Source: an uncultured Spirochaetota bacterium
Lineage (GTDB): Bacteria; Spirochaetota; Spirochaetia; SZUA-6; Fen-1364
Assembly (NCBI GenBank): GCA_963745235.1
Contig: CAVUXE010000057.1
Span: 1 to 64,000 of the forward strand
Reading direction: 5' to 3'
DNA length: 64,000 nt
Part shown: positions 31,371-43,589 of the stretch, piece after piece
Layout: each line of letters opens with the position of its first letter
Numbering within the stretch: position 1 is the first letter of the stretch
Position numbers and translations under genes: made by a program
The notes under the pieces: generated by a model
What the model was told of the DNA's origin: nothing
The model's input: only the letters and a program-made list of their open reading frames with translations
Databases searched by the model: none

Positions 31371-33756
31371 TCCGCCCCGTCCGCGAAAGCAGGAATGACA
31401 GTCTCTGAAATCGGCTTGCCGTCAACACTGACAGACTGGATTCCCCTGCACACGTGCCGCGGGTTCTTCACGGTGATGAGGTACCGTGAGCCTCGAAACA
31501 CGCGGGTCACCTGGAAGCCGTCCCATGCCGCGGGGATGCAGGGGTCCACCAGCAGGCCGTCGAAATCCGGCCTGATGCCGAGCATGTATTGCGTTGCCGC
31601 CTGGTAGACCCAGGATGCCGTGCCCGAGAGCCAGGAGTTTCGCGCGAGGCCGAACTGCGGATGCTCGTCCCCAAGGATGTTCTGCGGATAGACCCAGGGC
31701 TCGCACTCGAAGCGCTCGATCTGGTCGTTGCTCAAGGCCGGGTTGATCTGGCGGTAATACTGCCACGCGCGGTCCCCGTTTCCGACCATGGTCTGGGCGA
31801 TCATGGCCCACGGGTTGGTGTGGAGAAATATCCCGCAGTTCTCCTTTGCCCCGGGGGGATACGTTGTGACGCCGCCTTTTGCGGGGTCGAACCCATTGAA
31901 ACCGGGCGCGGACTTCTTTATGCCGTATCGCGTGTTCAACTTTGTATGGAGGGACTCGAGCGCGGCCCGGGCCCTCTCCGGCGTGGCAAAACCCGAGATC
32001 ACCGCCCACGTCTGCGCGTTGACGTAGATCTGGCCCTGCTCGTTGCACCGCGAGCCAAGCGGCGCGCCATCCGCGTCGAAATAGCGAACGTACCATGCTC
32101 CATCCCACGCGTGCTCGTTGAAAAGAGCTTTCATCTCGTCGTACAGGCGCGTGTACCGCTCCGCCCCGGCGGGATCCCCGCGCCGGGAAAGGAGTGCGGA
32201 CAATTCCTGCAGCGCTTTCCCGTACAGGCACGCGGTGAAGATCGACTCCGCGCCCGCTGCAAGGTTCACCGTGTCATTCCAGTCCGCAAAACCAAGGAGG
32301 GGAAGCCCATGGCGCCCCACGTTGCCGCGGGTGAAGCCGAGAGCGCGCTGGAGATGCTCCAGCACGGAAGCGCTTTCAAGCGGCTCTCCCGAGGTTGCCT
32401 TGTCGTAGAAGGGCAGGGGGGTGGAAAGGAACCCGAAGTCCCCGGTCTCTTTCACGTAGGCGGAAACCGCCAGGATGATCCAAAGAGCATCGTCACTGTA
32501 GTACTGAGGGCGATCTTCCCTTTCACGGGCGTCCCCCATGCTCCCCTCCATGGTCGCGGGGTTGAACTGGTGCATCGCGCACCCGTCGCGCGTCTGAACG
32601 GACAGGAGGCGCTGGATGAGCTCCCGCGCCTCTCCGTGGGCAAAGGGCAGAACGCCCATCACGTCCTGCGATGAGTCGCGGAAGCCGATTCCCCGGGCGC
32701 CGTAGCCGAGCTGATACAGGGAGAGGTAGCGTGACCAGGTCAGGGTGACGTGGCATTGGCGGGGATTGTGGATGTTGAGCATCCTGTCCGCATCCGTGTC
32801 AGGCGTGCGCGACCTGCTGCCTGTCCAGGCATGATGTCCAGAACCGTCCGAGCTCTTCGAAGGACTCATCCACCCGGGCGGGTCCGCGAAAAGCGCGGAT
32901 GCCCGGGCATCGCCGCCGCCAGGCTTTCTGCCTGGCCTACCTGGACAATCAGCCTTCGCTCGTCCCCCCTTGCCATCCTTCCGAGGTGATGCATGAGGGC
33001 GCCGATATTGTCCCCCCGGTTCGCCTCCCCGTTGCCCAGCTCTTTCGCGAGAAGGCTCCGGGGAGCCGACCAGGTCCCGTACTCGTTGTCCCCGAGAAAT
33101 CTTTTGCGGTCCGTCTCGAACGAAGAGGCGGGGAGGCTGGATGTCATGTAGTTGATGCGGGTATCCCGCATCATGAACGCGTACTGGGAGAGGACGACGC
33201 GGCCGTCCTGCCCGGTCGCCGCCCGGCTCTGCATTGTCTGCGGCACCCAGTCCGCGTTGGTGAGCTGCTTCAACGCGTCGAAATGCGTGTACTCCACCAC
33301 GGGGATGGCATCCACCTCGACGGCCTTTCCTCCGACCTTCGCGACCCGGATATCCATGATGAGCCGGCTATCCTTGTGCGGGACAAAGAAAGTTGCCGAC
33401 ACCTGGAGGCCGGCCACGACGGAGACGATCCTGGTGTAGCCCAGGCCGATGTGGCATTCAAAGAAGTCCAGGGGCTGCAGCCCCGGGACGAAAAAGGGGG
33501 AGAGAAGGGCATACCCGGTCCGTGAGCGCGTGCGAAGGTAAAGGGTGGTGCCTTTGAAATCCGACGCGGGCGTGAGCGCCAGGTAGCGCGTGATGCGGTT
33601 TGTGGCCGGGTCTCCCCGGCAGAGCAGGCTCCCTCCCGTGTGATCCACGAACCCCCCGAAGGAGAGCGTGCCCACGTAGTTGATCCACTTGACGGGGGTC
33701 AGGGGATTCGTGATCACGTATTCCCGGGCCGCGTCGTCGAAATGACCGCACCTCAC
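31343..33756 (-). CDS. GH94 glycoside phosphorylase (two close frameshifts, about 32810-32905)
   Basis: GHFDD..REYVI, RGIGFRDSSQD, FADWNDT catalytic Asp, YPPGAKEN.GIF.H and NSWLSGT. Confidence 0.9.
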
Positions 33757-34906
33757 TGGGCTCCTCCACGCCGTCCAGGGACCTCTTCAATCTCGGGGAG
33801 TGAGAAAAGCCTTTCCAGGAACATGGATGCTGCCCCGTACGCAACGATGAGATCGCCCAGCTCGGAGAGCTCGATCTGGAGCGACTTTTTTCCATAGGGC
33901 CAGTTCTTCTGGACCTCTTCGTCGATCACCGGGATGAGGATGGACCGGAACTTCTCAACGCTTCCCCCGATGAACACGTGCGAGAGGTCCAGGGTGTTGA
34001 CCAGGAGGGCCACATTCCTCCCGATTTCCCGAGCCACTTCCCGGAATGCGGACTGGTCATTCATCGCGGCGCTCATGGTCTCATCCGGGAGGGAGAACTG
34101 GCTCCTGGTTTCCGCTGTGCGGAAGACGCTTCGAAACTCACCGGCTGAGCTGTTCGCGCCAAGGTGGACGCGGCCTCCAATGACCAGCCCAAGCCCCACG
34201 GACACGCCGCCCCCGTTCACGTCTCCCACCCGTTCCTTTCGGAACTCCCCCAGGAGGAAGAGGAACTCGCGCGGCCTGTTCCCGCGGTTGCGCACCAGCT
34301 CGGCCCAGCAGCAGCAGTTGGCGTCGTTGTCAATGCACAGCGGCTTTCCAAGAAGCCGCGCCCCCGACGCCGTGAAGTCCACCGGAAGCGAGATGCCCAG
34401 GGGGAGGGACTGCTGGATGACGCCGTTGGCGGAATCCACTATCCCCGAGACGCCCACGCCGATTCCCAGCGGCTCGAGCGCGCGGTTTTCAAGGTCAAGG
34501 GAGACCTCGCTCATGATGTCCAGGAAGACCGACGGCAGCTGTTTCCCTTCGGCTTTCATGGGCTCCGAGCGCGAGTACAGCACCTTTCCATCCAGGTCCA
34601 CCGCCACGGCCGTGTAGCGCTCGGTCTGGATCTCCAGCCCCACGACGCAGCCGTAGTCTCCGCGCACGCTGAGAAAGACCGGCCTTCGCCCGCCCCTCTC
34701 TCCCGCGTCTCCCTCGGCGGATCTCGACGATGATCTCCTTTTGGAGCAGGTCCGCAACGATCTTTGTGACGGTGGATTTGTCCAGCTTCAGGCTCGCGGA
34801 CAGCGCGCTGCGGCTGACCCCCGGGGAGACCCAGATGGCCCTCAGGATCCTGTGAAAGTTGACCGGGCTCGAAGCCTTCCTGAGCAGGAAACCAATGTTC
34901 CTTCAT
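33753..34906 (-). CDS. ROK-family transcriptional repressor (frameshifted near 34700-34740)
   Basis: The middle frame encodes the wHTH (SRSALS..LKLDKSTVTKIV), followed by GIGVGVSG.VD, DNDANC and AGEF. Confidence 0.88.
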
Positions 34907-34908
34907 AG

Positions 34909-35033
34909 TAAGTTTCTTCTATCAACTTATGCTATCAAAGCTCTCATAGTTAATCAATATTGAAATTTAAAGATTTTTCTTGACAACTGGCTCCGGCTAT
35001 GATGTAATCATGTTGGTTGAAGGAAGCAATCAA
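34909..35033. promoter_or_regulatory. AT-rich divergent control region with two candidate ROK operators
   Basis: TAAGTT-N9-AACTTA (34909-34929) and TTGGTT-N9-AATCAA (35013-35033). TTGACA at 34980-85. Confidence 0.5.
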
Positions 35034-35061
35034 CCTATGAACCGCTGGATCAGATTCGTGC

Positions 35062-36034
35062 ATGGAGGTTGAAGTCTTGGCTGACGTGATGACCGAGGCC
35101 GTGCCAAAGGCGCGCATCGCCGTGAGGCCCAACAGGCGCAAGACCAATTTCGGCCTTCTCAGCATGGTGATTCCCGGGAACCCTCGCCCTGATTCTTTTC
35201 AGCTACCTCCCCATGCTGGGGATCTTCATTGCTTTCAAGAACATCAACTATACCAAGGGACTCCTCGGCAGTCCCTGGATCGGTTTGAAGAACTTCGAGT
35301 TCCTCTTCAAGACGCCGGATGCCTGGATCATCACGAGGAACTCGGTCCTCTACAATATCGCATTCATCGTTCTCGGCACCATCGCATCGGTGGGCGTCGC
35401 CGTTGCGCTGGATGGGCTTCGAACCAAGCGGCTTTCCCGGCTCTACCAGGGGGTCATGTTTCTCCCCTACTTCTTCTCCTGGATCGTCATCAGCACCCTC
35501 GTCTTCTCTCTTCTTTCAACGGATCTCGGTTTTTTCAACAAGCAGCTGTTTCCAGCCCTGGGGATCGCTCCGGTCAACTGGTACATCGAAAAGATCTACT
35601 GGCCTTTCATCATCATCTTCACGAACCTGTGGAAATACACCGGGTACTGCAGCGTCATCTACCTTGCCGCCATCTCGGGGATCGACCAGAACTGCTTCGA
35701 AGCAGCGGCTCTCGACGGGGCCAGCCGATGGCAGGTCATCAGGCGGATCATGATCCCCCTGATATCCTACGTCATCATCATCCAGGTGCTGTTGTCCATC
35801 GGTCGCCTGTTCTATTCGGACTTCGGCTTGTTCTACCAGGTCCCCCAGAACATGGGACCACTGTTCGACACCACGAACGTCATTGACACGTACGTGTACC
35901 GCACTCTGGTGAACGTCGGCGACATCGGGATGTCCGCCGCGGCAGGCCTGTACCAGGCCGTCATCGGGTTCGTGCTGGTCCTCGTGTCGAACCTCATCGT
36001 GCGGAGGATCGACGTGGAGAAGAGCCTTTTCTGA
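35062..36034 (+). CDS. Sugar ABC transporter permease (frameshift near 35180; start may be TTG 35077)
   Basis: YLPMLG..IAFK, SPWIGLKNF.FLF and EAAALDGASRWQ. Confidence 0.92.
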
Positions 36035-36041
36035 GGCGCGC

Positions 36042-36966
36042 ATGAAGCAGTCAGCGTCAGCTTCCGTTGCAACGATGATTCTCGGACCCGGGCAGGGGGC
36101 GGCAGATCGTGTCCCATGCTCTGTTCATCGTCATCTGCATCATCTGCCTGTATCCGCTGGCCCTCGTGATCGGCATCTCCTTTTCATCAGAGAGCGCCAT
36201 CGCCATCCACGGGTTCAAGCTCATCCCGGCCCAGACGAGCCTCGTTGCCTATAACTTCGTCCTGAAGCAGAGCGACGCCGTGGCGCGGGCGTATGTCATT
36301 ACAATCATCGTGACAGGGCTGGGGACGGTGCTCAGCACCCTCGTGATCGCGCTGTATGCGTACCCCCTTTCCCGCAAGGATTTCCCCCAGAGGAAGCTGT
36401 TCTCGTTCATCGCCTTCTTCACGATGCTGTTCTCCGGCGGCCTCGTGCCCTGGTACATGGTGTGCGTGCAGATCCTCCACCTCAGGAACAACATCTGGGC
36501 GCTCATCCTGCCCTACACCATGAACGCGTGGTACGTGCTCATCATGCGGACCTTCTACAAGACCAACGTCCCGGATTCCATCATCGAGTCCGCGAGGATC
36601 GACGGGGCGGGGGAGTACACGATTTTCTTCCGCATCATCATCAGCCTGGCAAAACCGGGGCTCGCGACCATTGCGCTTTTCAACACCATCGTGTTCTGGA
36701 ACGACTGGTGGCTGCCCCTGATGCTGGTGAACGACCCCGCCTGGTTCAACCTCCAGTACCTGATGTACAGGGTCCAGGTCAACATCCAGTACCTGTCCAG
36801 CATGGCGGGGAACACGAACGTGGCGGGTGAGATCCTTCGACGGCTCCCCTCGCGCACGGCTCAGATGGCCATGTGCATCCTGTCCATCGGGCCCATCGTT
36901 CTCGCGTACCCGTTCTTCCAGAAGTACTTCGTGAAGGGGATCACCATTGGGTCTCTCAAAGAGTAG
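36042..36966 (+). CDS. Carbohydrate ABC transporter permease (5' frameshift near 36095)
   Basis: AYPLSR, FSGGLVP, IESARIDGAGE and YPFFQKYFVKG. Confidence 0.93.
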
Positions 36967-37020
36967 GCAAGACCGGCCCGTCGGGCTGGACGCCATATAT
37001 CACAAGAGGAGGATTCTGAG

Positions 37021-38499
37021 ATGAAAAGAGCGATTCTGTTTCCGCTCGTCGCACTTTTCGCTCTCTCCCTGGTCGCCGGCGTGTGGGCCGGAGGGCAGGG
37101 TGAGAAGGGTGGCCAGGGCGGCGCGCCCGTGCAGCTGACCTGGTACTTCATCGGCAACGGGCCGCAGAAGGACGTGGACAAGGTGGAAGCGGCGGTGGAC
37201 AAGTACATTCAGGGCAAGGGCCTGAACGCCACCGTGAAGCTTGTCTGCTTCGACTGGGGCGCCTACGACAACAAGATGCAGACCATCATTGCCAGCGGAG
37301 AGCCGTTCGACATCTGCTTCACCGCCGTGTGGACGAACAACTACAGGAACAACGCGGGCCGCGGCGCATTCCTCGCCCTGAATGACCTGCTCACCAAGTA
37401 CGCTCCCAAGACGAAGGCGCTCCTGGGCGCGGACTTCCTGGCCGGCTCGGCAATCGACGGGGTGAACTACGCCATCCCGGCGAACAAGGAAAAGGCGCAC
37501 AACTGGGGCTTCATCGTCCGCAAGGACCTGGTTGCCAAGTACAAGATGGACCTTTCGGGCGTGAAGAAGCTGGAAGACATGGAGCCGTTCCTCAAGACCA
37601 TCAAGGACAACGAGCCCGGGATGTACCCCCTGGAAGCCTGCGTGGGAGAGTCGCCCCGCTTCTTCCTGGACTTCGACAAGCTCGTTGACGACGACATCCC
37701 CATTTCCCTCTATTCCGACAACCGCTCCTCGAAGGCCGTCTTCGAGCTCGAGGCCCCCGAGACGATTGCCCTCTATCGCACAATGCACAAGTATTACAAC
37801 GCCGGCTACGTCCGCAAAGATGCAGCCACCATCACGGACTTCAACGCTGATGAGAAGGCAGGCCTGATCTTCGCCGCGGCCAAGTCCCTGAAGCCGGGCA
37901 AAGACGCCGAGATGACCAATCAGACCGGCCAGCCGTGGATGCAGATCGATATCACCCCTCCGGTCATGTCCAACCGTGAGACAACCGGGTCAATGCAGGC
38001 GTTATCCCACACCTCGAAGCACCCCGAGGCAGCCATGGCGTTTCTGGAGCTGTTCAATACCGACAAGTACCTCAACAACCTGATCAACTTCGGCATCGAG
38101 GGCTCGCATTACGTGAAGGTGAGCGACAACGTGATCAAGGCCGGACCCCAGAACGACCAGTATAACCCGCAGACGGGCTGGATGTTCGGGAACCAGTTCA
38201 TCAACTACCTCTGGTCCAACGAGGACCCCCAGAAGTGGGAGAAGTTCACCGCGTACAACAAGTCCGCCCTTCCCCTCAAGAGCCTGGGCTTCTCTTTCGA
38301 CCCCACGCCCGTGAAGACCCAGATCGCCACCGCGAAGAACCTCTGGAAAGAGTTCACCCCGTCCCTGGAAACAGGCACGGTTGACCCGGACAAGGTGATT
38401 CCCGAGGCAATCGCGAAATACAAGGCGGTCGGCATCGACGACATCAAGGCTGAGGTCCAGAAGCAGTACGACGCCTGGCTCGCAAAGAAGAAGGGATAA
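37021..38499 (+). CDS. Sugar ABC transporter substrate-binding protein (DUF3502-type C-terminus)
   Basis: Signal peptide ending [30 protein letters not shown] and EVQKQYDAW. Confidence 0.92.
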   Translation: MKRAILFPLVALFALSLVAGVWAGGQGEKGGQGGAPVQLTWYFIGNGPQKDVDKVEAAVDKYIQGKGLNATVKLVCFDWGAYDNKMQTIIASGEPFDICFTAVWTNNYRNNAGRGAFLALNDLLTKYAPKTKALLGADFLAGSAIDGVNYAIPANKEKAHNWGFIVRKDLVAKYKMDLSGVKKLEDMEPFLKTIKDNEPGMYPLEACVGESPRFFLDFDKLVDDDIPISLYSDNRSSKAVFELEAPETIALYRTMHKYYNAGYVRKDAATITDFNADEKAGLIFAAAKSLKPGKDAEMTNQTGQPWMQIDITPPVMSNRETTGSMQALSHTSKHPEAAMAFLELFNTDKYLNNLINFGIEGSHYVKVSDNVIKAGPQNDQYNPQTGWMFGNQFINYLWSNEDPQKWEKFTAYNKSALPLKSLGFSFDPTPVKTQIATAKNLWKEFTPSLETGTVDPDKVIPEAIAKYKAVGIDDIKAEVQKQYDAWLAKKKG

Positions 38500-38514
38500 G
38501 CCTCTGTCCCGTGA

Positions 38515-38547
38515 GGTCCCCCGCCCGCGGCGGGGGACCACTTCTTC
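38515..38547 (+). terminator. GC hairpin after the binding-protein gene (attenuator or stabiliser)
   Basis: GGTCCCCCGCC-CGC-GGCGGGGGACC followed by ACTTCTT. Confidence 0.6.
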
Positions 38548-38587
38548 GGTTCATCTGACGCATGCGCTCTCACCCGTGGAGGAAGAG

Positions 38588-41044
38588 ATGGTCTACGGAC
38601 ACTTCGACGACGGCGCCCGGGAGTATGTCATCACCCGGCCGGACACCCCATGGCCGTGGATCAACTACCTCGGAACCGAGGACTTCTTCTCCCTCGTTTC
38701 CAACGCCGGCGGCGGCTACTCCTTCTACAAGGATGCCCGGCTGCGGCGCCTCACGCGGTATCGCTACAACGACGTCCCCATGGACTCCAACGGCCGCTTG
38801 TTCTATATCAGGGACGGGGAGACCGTCTGGAACCCCGGTTGGCGGCCTGCAAGGACGGACCTGGAATCGTACGAGTGCCGCCACGGCATGGGGTACACGA
38901 GGATCCGCTCCCTGCGGGACGGGGTCTCCGCCGACCTGCTCCTTTTTGTGCCGCAGGGCGCGGACTGCGAGGTCCAGCGCCTTGTCCTGAGCAACACCTC
39001 CCGGGGCAGAAAGACCCTGGACCTGTTTGCCGTGACCGAGTTCTGTCTCTGGAACGCCATGGACGACATGACGAACTTCCAGCGCAACCTCTCCACGGGA
39101 GAAGTCGAAGTGGAAGAGGGCGTTGTTTATCATCGAACGGAGTACAGGGAGCGGCGCAATCACTTTGCGTTCTATTCAGTGAATGCTCCCGTGGCGGGCT
39201 TTGAAACGGATAGGGAACAGTTCACCGGGCGCTACGGCGGGTTCGAAAGGCCGGAGGCTGTTTCCTGCAGACGGCTGCCGGGGACGCTGGCCAGCGGCTG
39301 GTCACCCATTGCGGCGTTTCACCTGAAGATCTCACTCGAACCGGGCGAGTCGCGGAGCCTGGTTTTCCTCCTGGGCTACGTGGAGAATCCTGATGCCGAG
39401 AAGTGGTCGGCACCCGGAGTGATCAACAAGGCGCGGGCCGCGGCCCTGCGGGCACGTTTCGACACCGACAGCAAGGTGGAGGCTGCCTTCCGGGAGCTTT
39501 CCGCCTCCTGGTGCGCCCTTCTTTCGGGGTTCAGCGTTTCCTCGGGAGACGAGAGACTGGACCGCATGGTGAATGTCTGGAACCAGTACCAGTGCATGAC
39601 CACCTACAACATGGCACGGAGCGCAAGCTATTTCGAGAGCGGCATAGGGCGCGGAATCGGCTTCCGGGACACAAGCCAGGACCTCCTGGGGTGCGTGCAC
39701 CAGATCCCGCTGCGGGCCCGCCAGCGCCTCCTGGACGTCGCCTCCACGCAGTTTGCCGACGGCGGTGCCTACCACCAGTACCAGCCGCTGACCCGGCAGG
39801 GAAACCGGGATGTGGGCGGAGACTTCAACGACGACCCCCTGTGGCTCATCCTTGGCGTCGCCGGCTACATCAAGGAGACTGGTGACTGGGCAATCCTGGA
39901 GGAGCCTGTTCCCTTCGACGCGGAGCCCGTCCCAGCCCCGATGTTCGAGCACCTGCTGCGGTCCTTCAATCATGTCGTTGAGAACCTGGGTCCGCACCGG
40001 CTTCCTCTGATCGGGCACGCGGACTGGAACGACTGCCTCAACCTCAACTGCTTCTCCACCGACCCCAACGAATCATTCCAGACCGCGGTGTCCCGTGACG
40101 GAAGGACCGCGGAGTCGATGATGATCGCGGGGATGTTCGTCCTGATCGGAGAGGATTTCATCCAGATCTGCCGACGGACAGGGCGGGAGGCGATGGCGGA
40201 TGAGGCGCAGGCCCGGGTCAACGAGATGCGCAGTGCCATCCTGGCGCACGGCTGGGATGGCGGATGGTTCCTGCGGGCCTACGACAGCTTCGGGAACAAG
40301 GTCGGCTCGCGGGAAAACACGGACGGCCAGATCTACGTCGAGGCCAACGCATGGTGCGCCATGGCACGCGTCGGGACGGAGCACGGGTACCCCCTCAAGG
40401 CTCTTGACGCCGTCAGGGACCGGCTGGCCACCCGGTATGGGATCGTGATCCTGGATCCTCCCTATCGGGAGTACCACGTGGAGCTCGGTGAGGTCTCATC
40501 CTACCCGCCCGGGTACAAGGAGAATGCCGGCGTATTCTGCCACAACAACCCGTGGGTCATGATCGCGGAGTGCGTCGCGGGCCGCGCCGGGCAGGCCTTC
40601 GATTACTACAAGAGGATCTGCCCCTCGTACCTGGAGGGTGTGCAGGAGCTTCACAGGACCGAGCCGTACGTGTACTCGCAGATGGTCGCCGGCAAGGCAG
40701 CCCCGCGCCACGGGGAAGCCAAGAACTCCTGGCTCACCGGCACCGCCGCCTGGAACTTCGTTGCCGTCTCGCAGTGGATCCTCGGGGTTCGGCCGGAGTT
40801 CGACGGGCTGAGGATAGATCCCTCCCTGCCGCCCGAGCTGCGGAATGTGGAGCTGACCAGGAGGTTCCGCGGCTGCCGGTATTCCATACGGATACGGAAC
40901 TCGGGCAGGACGCCGCAGGAAAGGACGATCACGGTCAACGGGAAGCGGGTCGCAGTCGAACGTCGTGCCCCCGGGAAGCGCAGGGCGCGGAGATCCGTGT
41001 CGAGGTCGACATGTAAGAACGCCTTCGGCTTTCAGAGGCCGTAG
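38588..41044 (+). CDS. GH94 cellobiose phosphorylase-like enzyme (true stop may be TAA 41016 after a late frameshift)
   Basis: [56 protein letters not shown] and KNSWLTGT. Confidence 0.93.
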   Translation: MVYGHFDDGAREYVITRPDTPWPWINYLGTEDFFSLVSNAGGGYSFYKDARLRRLTRYRYNDVPMDSNGRLFYIRDGETVWNPGWRPARTDLESYECRHGMGYTRIRSLRDGVSADLLLFVPQGADCEVQRLVLSNTSRGRKTLDLFAVTEFCLWNAMDDMTNFQRNLSTGEVEVEEGVVYHRTEYRERRNHFAFYSVNAPVAGFETDREQFTGRYGGFERPEAVSCRRLPGTLASGWSPIAAFHLKISLEPGESRSLVFLLGYVENPDAEKWSAPGVINKARAAALRARFDTDSKVEAAFRELSASWCALLSGFSVSSGDERLDRMVNVWNQYQCMTTYNMARSASYFESGIGRGIGFRDTSQDLLGCVHQIPLRARQRLLDVASTQFADGGAYHQYQPLTRQGNRDVGGDFNDDPLWLILGVAGYIKETGDWAILEEPVPFDAEPVPAPMFEHLLRSFNHVVENLGPHRLPLIGHADWNDCLNLNCFSTDPNESFQTAVSRDGRTAESMMIAGMFVLIGEDFIQICRRTGREAMADEAQARVNEMRSAILAHGWDGGWFLRAYDSFGNKVGSRENTDGQIYVEANAWCAMARVGTEHGYPLKALDAVRDRLATRYGIVILDPPYREYHVELGEVSSYPPGYKENAGVFCHNNPWVMIAECVAGRAGQAFDYYKRICPSYLEGVQELHRTEPYVYSQMVAGKAAPRHGEAKNSWLTGTAAWNFVAVSQWILGVRPEFDGLRIDPSLPPELRNVELTRRFRGCRYSIRIRNSGRTPQERTITVNGKRVAVERRAPGKRRARRSVSRSTCKNAFGFQRP

Positions 41045-41865
41045 TAGCTGATCACGTAATCCGTCACGGGCAGAAAACCAAGCCTCTCGTACAGGGAGAT
41101 CGCGGGCCGGTTCCTCTTCTTCACAAAAAGGCATGCGCCCTCTTTTTCGCGGAGGACTCTCTTCAACAGCTCAGAGACCACCAGTCGGCCCACTCCCATG
41201 CCCCGAGAGCCGGGAACGGTGAAGACTCCGCCGATCTGGTCCACCGAAAAACCGCGGGCATTTGTCGCCGCCTTTGCCACCGGCACGCCGTCCCGCTCCG
41301 CGACGAACACGAGCTCCTCCTTCAGCGTCCTGTGCAGGAGCTTCAGGCACTGCGCGTCGTTGAAGTGGCGCGGGTCGACCACCACCTCCTCCAGCTCGTA
41401 CGCTTTCTGGAGCGGAAAAAGGGCATGCGCATCCGCCTCCCCGGCCATGCGGATGGCGAGCCTGCCGTCCTGCGACGCGAGAGCCGGCCGCGCGCTTTCC
41501 CGGGTGACACTCATGAGGAAATACTCGATGCGCGCTGTCGGGAGGCTGGGCATCAGGGCCTCCATCGCGCTTGCCGACCGACCGGTGCCCATGATGGAAT
41601 GAATGGGCGGATGAACGTCCCGCAGCAGCCGGGAGAGCTCGGCTCCGGGAGAGACGTCGTCCGCCAGCAGCGGGAGAAGGAGCCCGGATGACGTGATGAG
41701 AAAGGTGCCGGTGACGCAACCCCGCGCGTCTTTGGCAACGTACACGGTCTGCCCGCGCGCGCCGGTTCGGAGGCGCGCGGTGAAAGGAACACAGAGGGAC
41801 TCATCACGGAGGAGGAACGACAGGACGCCATCCATGTCCGCCCGCGCCGCCGCCCGCCAGGTCAT
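41032..41865 (-). CDS. GNAT-family acetyltransferase
   Basis: QIGGVFT.P..RG.G.G and [12 protein letters not shown]. Confidence 0.88.
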   Translation of the reverse strand: MTWRAAARADMDGVLSFLLRDESLCVPFTARLRTGARGQTVYVAKDARGCVTGTFLITSSGLLLPLLADDVSPGAELSRLLRDVHPPIHSIMGTGRSASAMEALMPSLPTARIEYFLMSVTRESARPALASQDGRLAIRMAGEADAHALFPLQKAYELEEVVVDPRHFNDAQCLKLLHRTLKEELVFVAERDGVPVAKAATNARGFSVDQIGGVFTVPGSRGMGVGRLVVSELLKRVLREKEGACLFVKKRNRPAISLYERLGFLPVTDYVISYYGL

Positions 41866-43589
41866 TTCTGCGTGCCCTCGCTCCCCGGCGGGAAGCGGAC
41901 CGGGAGCGTGCCGGTTGGCGTGAAGTCACCCGCGAGCGCCGCGAACCCGGCTCGAAACGAATCCTTCCCGTCCCCGTAGACCGCGATGGCGGTGGTCACC
42001 CACGGGACTTCCTGGAGATAGACGGGGCTCAGCGCGGAGATCACGACGACGTTCTTCGCCATGCCCTGGAGCTCCTTCAGCACGTCCAGGCTGTTGAAAT
42101 TGGCAAGGCAGAACACGATGGTGTCATAGCGGCCGGCCAGGGCTCGCATTGCCGCTCTGTCCTCCCTGCGGGCCACGTAGAAAGGCATGAAGGGAAAGAG
42201 GAAAGTCTCCGCGCGGGGATACCGTCGAAGGCCTTCGCTCATGAAGTCCTGAAACTGCCCCGCAAGCAGGATCCTGCGGCCCTGCGCCGGGCGGAAGGGG
42301 ACCTGCGCGGAGGAAATGGCCGTGACCGCCCGGGTGGCGCTTTGCGTGAAGAAGTCAAGCGCGCCCGCCGCGGGCACCAGGGACGCTACCCTGTCTGGAT
42401 CCGGGATCAACAAAGAGCTGCCGTCACGGAAGAATCGAAGCTTGGTCTCCAGGACGCGCCGCACGGAGCCCTTGACGGCGGCCCTGAAAGCGGCGTCATG
42501 GCGCATCGTCTTGATGAGCTCATCCCACGTCCGCGCCTGGGTTGCCGGCGTGTGCGAGATGAGCACCATGTCGTTTCCCGCCTCCAGGGCCCGCCGGCAT
42601 GCGCTCGGCGTGGTGAGGCCCCCGGTGAGCACCCCGTCCATCTCCATGTCGTCCGTGATGATCATCCCCTTGAACCCGAGCCGGTCACGCAGAACGCTCT
42701 GCAGGAAGAACGGAGAGAGCGAGGCGGGCGTCAGGTTGCCGAGGATTCGCGGGAAAGCGAGGTGACCGGTCATGACCGCGGGAATGCCCTCCGCGATGAG
42801 GATCCGATACGGCACGAGGTCCCGGTCCAGGAGCTGGGAAAGCGTGACATCGATGCGGGGAAGCCTGCCGTGCGAATCCTTGTCCGCGGAACCGTGCCCG
42901 GGGAAATGCTTCGCGGTGGTAATGACCCCGGCCTTCTGCATGCCGCGCGCATAAGCGGCGGAGAGGAGCCCCGTCTCCGAGGGGTCGGACCCGAAGGAGC
43001 GCGGGCCGATGACGCTCGCCTCGGGGTTGGAGTAGACGTCCGCGGTGGGCGCGAAGTCCATGTTGATGCCGAGCGCCGCGAGCTCCCTGCCGAGGTAGTA
43101 CCCGGTGAGGAAAGAGTCCTCGGGCGCCCCCACCGCGCCCAGGGCGAGGTTGCCCGGGGAGATGGAGGTCTCATCCTTGATCTGGCGCACCCACCCGCCT
43201 TCCTGGTCTGTGGCCACGAAAAGCGGGACATGGAACCTGCCGCGCTCAGCCAGGCGCTGCATCAGAGCCACGTCCCGAGCAAGCGAGGTGAGGTCCGAGA
43301 CGTTGCGCGGGAACAGCTTCACTCCGCCGATGCTGTGGTCCTTGATCCAGTGCTGGATCTCCGCGGACGGTCCCACTCCCTGGTAGCCCAGGAAGAACAC
43401 CTGTCCAAGCAGCTCGTCGTCCGTCATTGCGTCTGCGATGCGGGAGGCAAGAGACGCGGGCGGGCCGGGATCGAAAAATCCAAGGCCCCAGGCCCTGCCG
43501 GCCAGGGCGGCCAGGAGGAGCGCGGCAGACGCCGCCTTCAGGAAGCGATGCGCGGATCGCGTCTCCACGATCAGAATGCCAGGTTCCAT
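41862..43589 (-). CDS. nagZ: GH3 beta-N-acetylhexosaminidase
   Basis: DQEGG, RSFG, KHFPGHG...DSH and ITDDMEM. Confidence 0.85.
   Translation of the reverse strand: MEPGILIVETRSAHRFLKAASAALLLAALAGRAWGLGFFDPGPPASLASRIADAMTDDELLGQVFFLGYQGVGPSAEIQHWIKDHSIGGVKLFPRNVSDLTSLARDVALMQRLAERGRFHVPLFVATDQEGGWVRQIKDETSISPGNLALGAVGAPEDSFLTGYYLGRELAALGINMDFAPTADVYSNPEASVIGPRSFGSDPSETGLLSAAYARGMQKAGVITTAKHFPGHGSADKDSHGRLPRIDVTLSQLLDRDLVPYRILIAEGIPAVMTGHLAFPRILGNLTPASLSPFFLQSVLRDRLGFKGMIITDDMEMDGVLTGGLTTPSACRRALEAGNDMVLISHTPATQARTWDELIKTMRHDAAFRAAVKGSVRRVLETKLRFFRDGSSLLIPDPDRVASLVPAAGALDFFTQSATRAVTAISSAQVPFRPAQGRRILLAGQFQDFMSEGLRRYPRAETFLFPFMPFYVARREDRAAMRALAGRYDTIVFCLANFNSLDVLKELQGMAKNVVVISALSPVYLQEVPWVTTAIAVYGDGKDSFRAGFAALAGDFTPTGTLPVRFPPGSEGTQK

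Noticed and set aside
32800-32910. Deletion or split gene in the first GH94
   Set aside because: The third frame supplies the missing residues (IRAFRGPARVDESFEELGRFWTSCLDRQQV), so two indels explain it.
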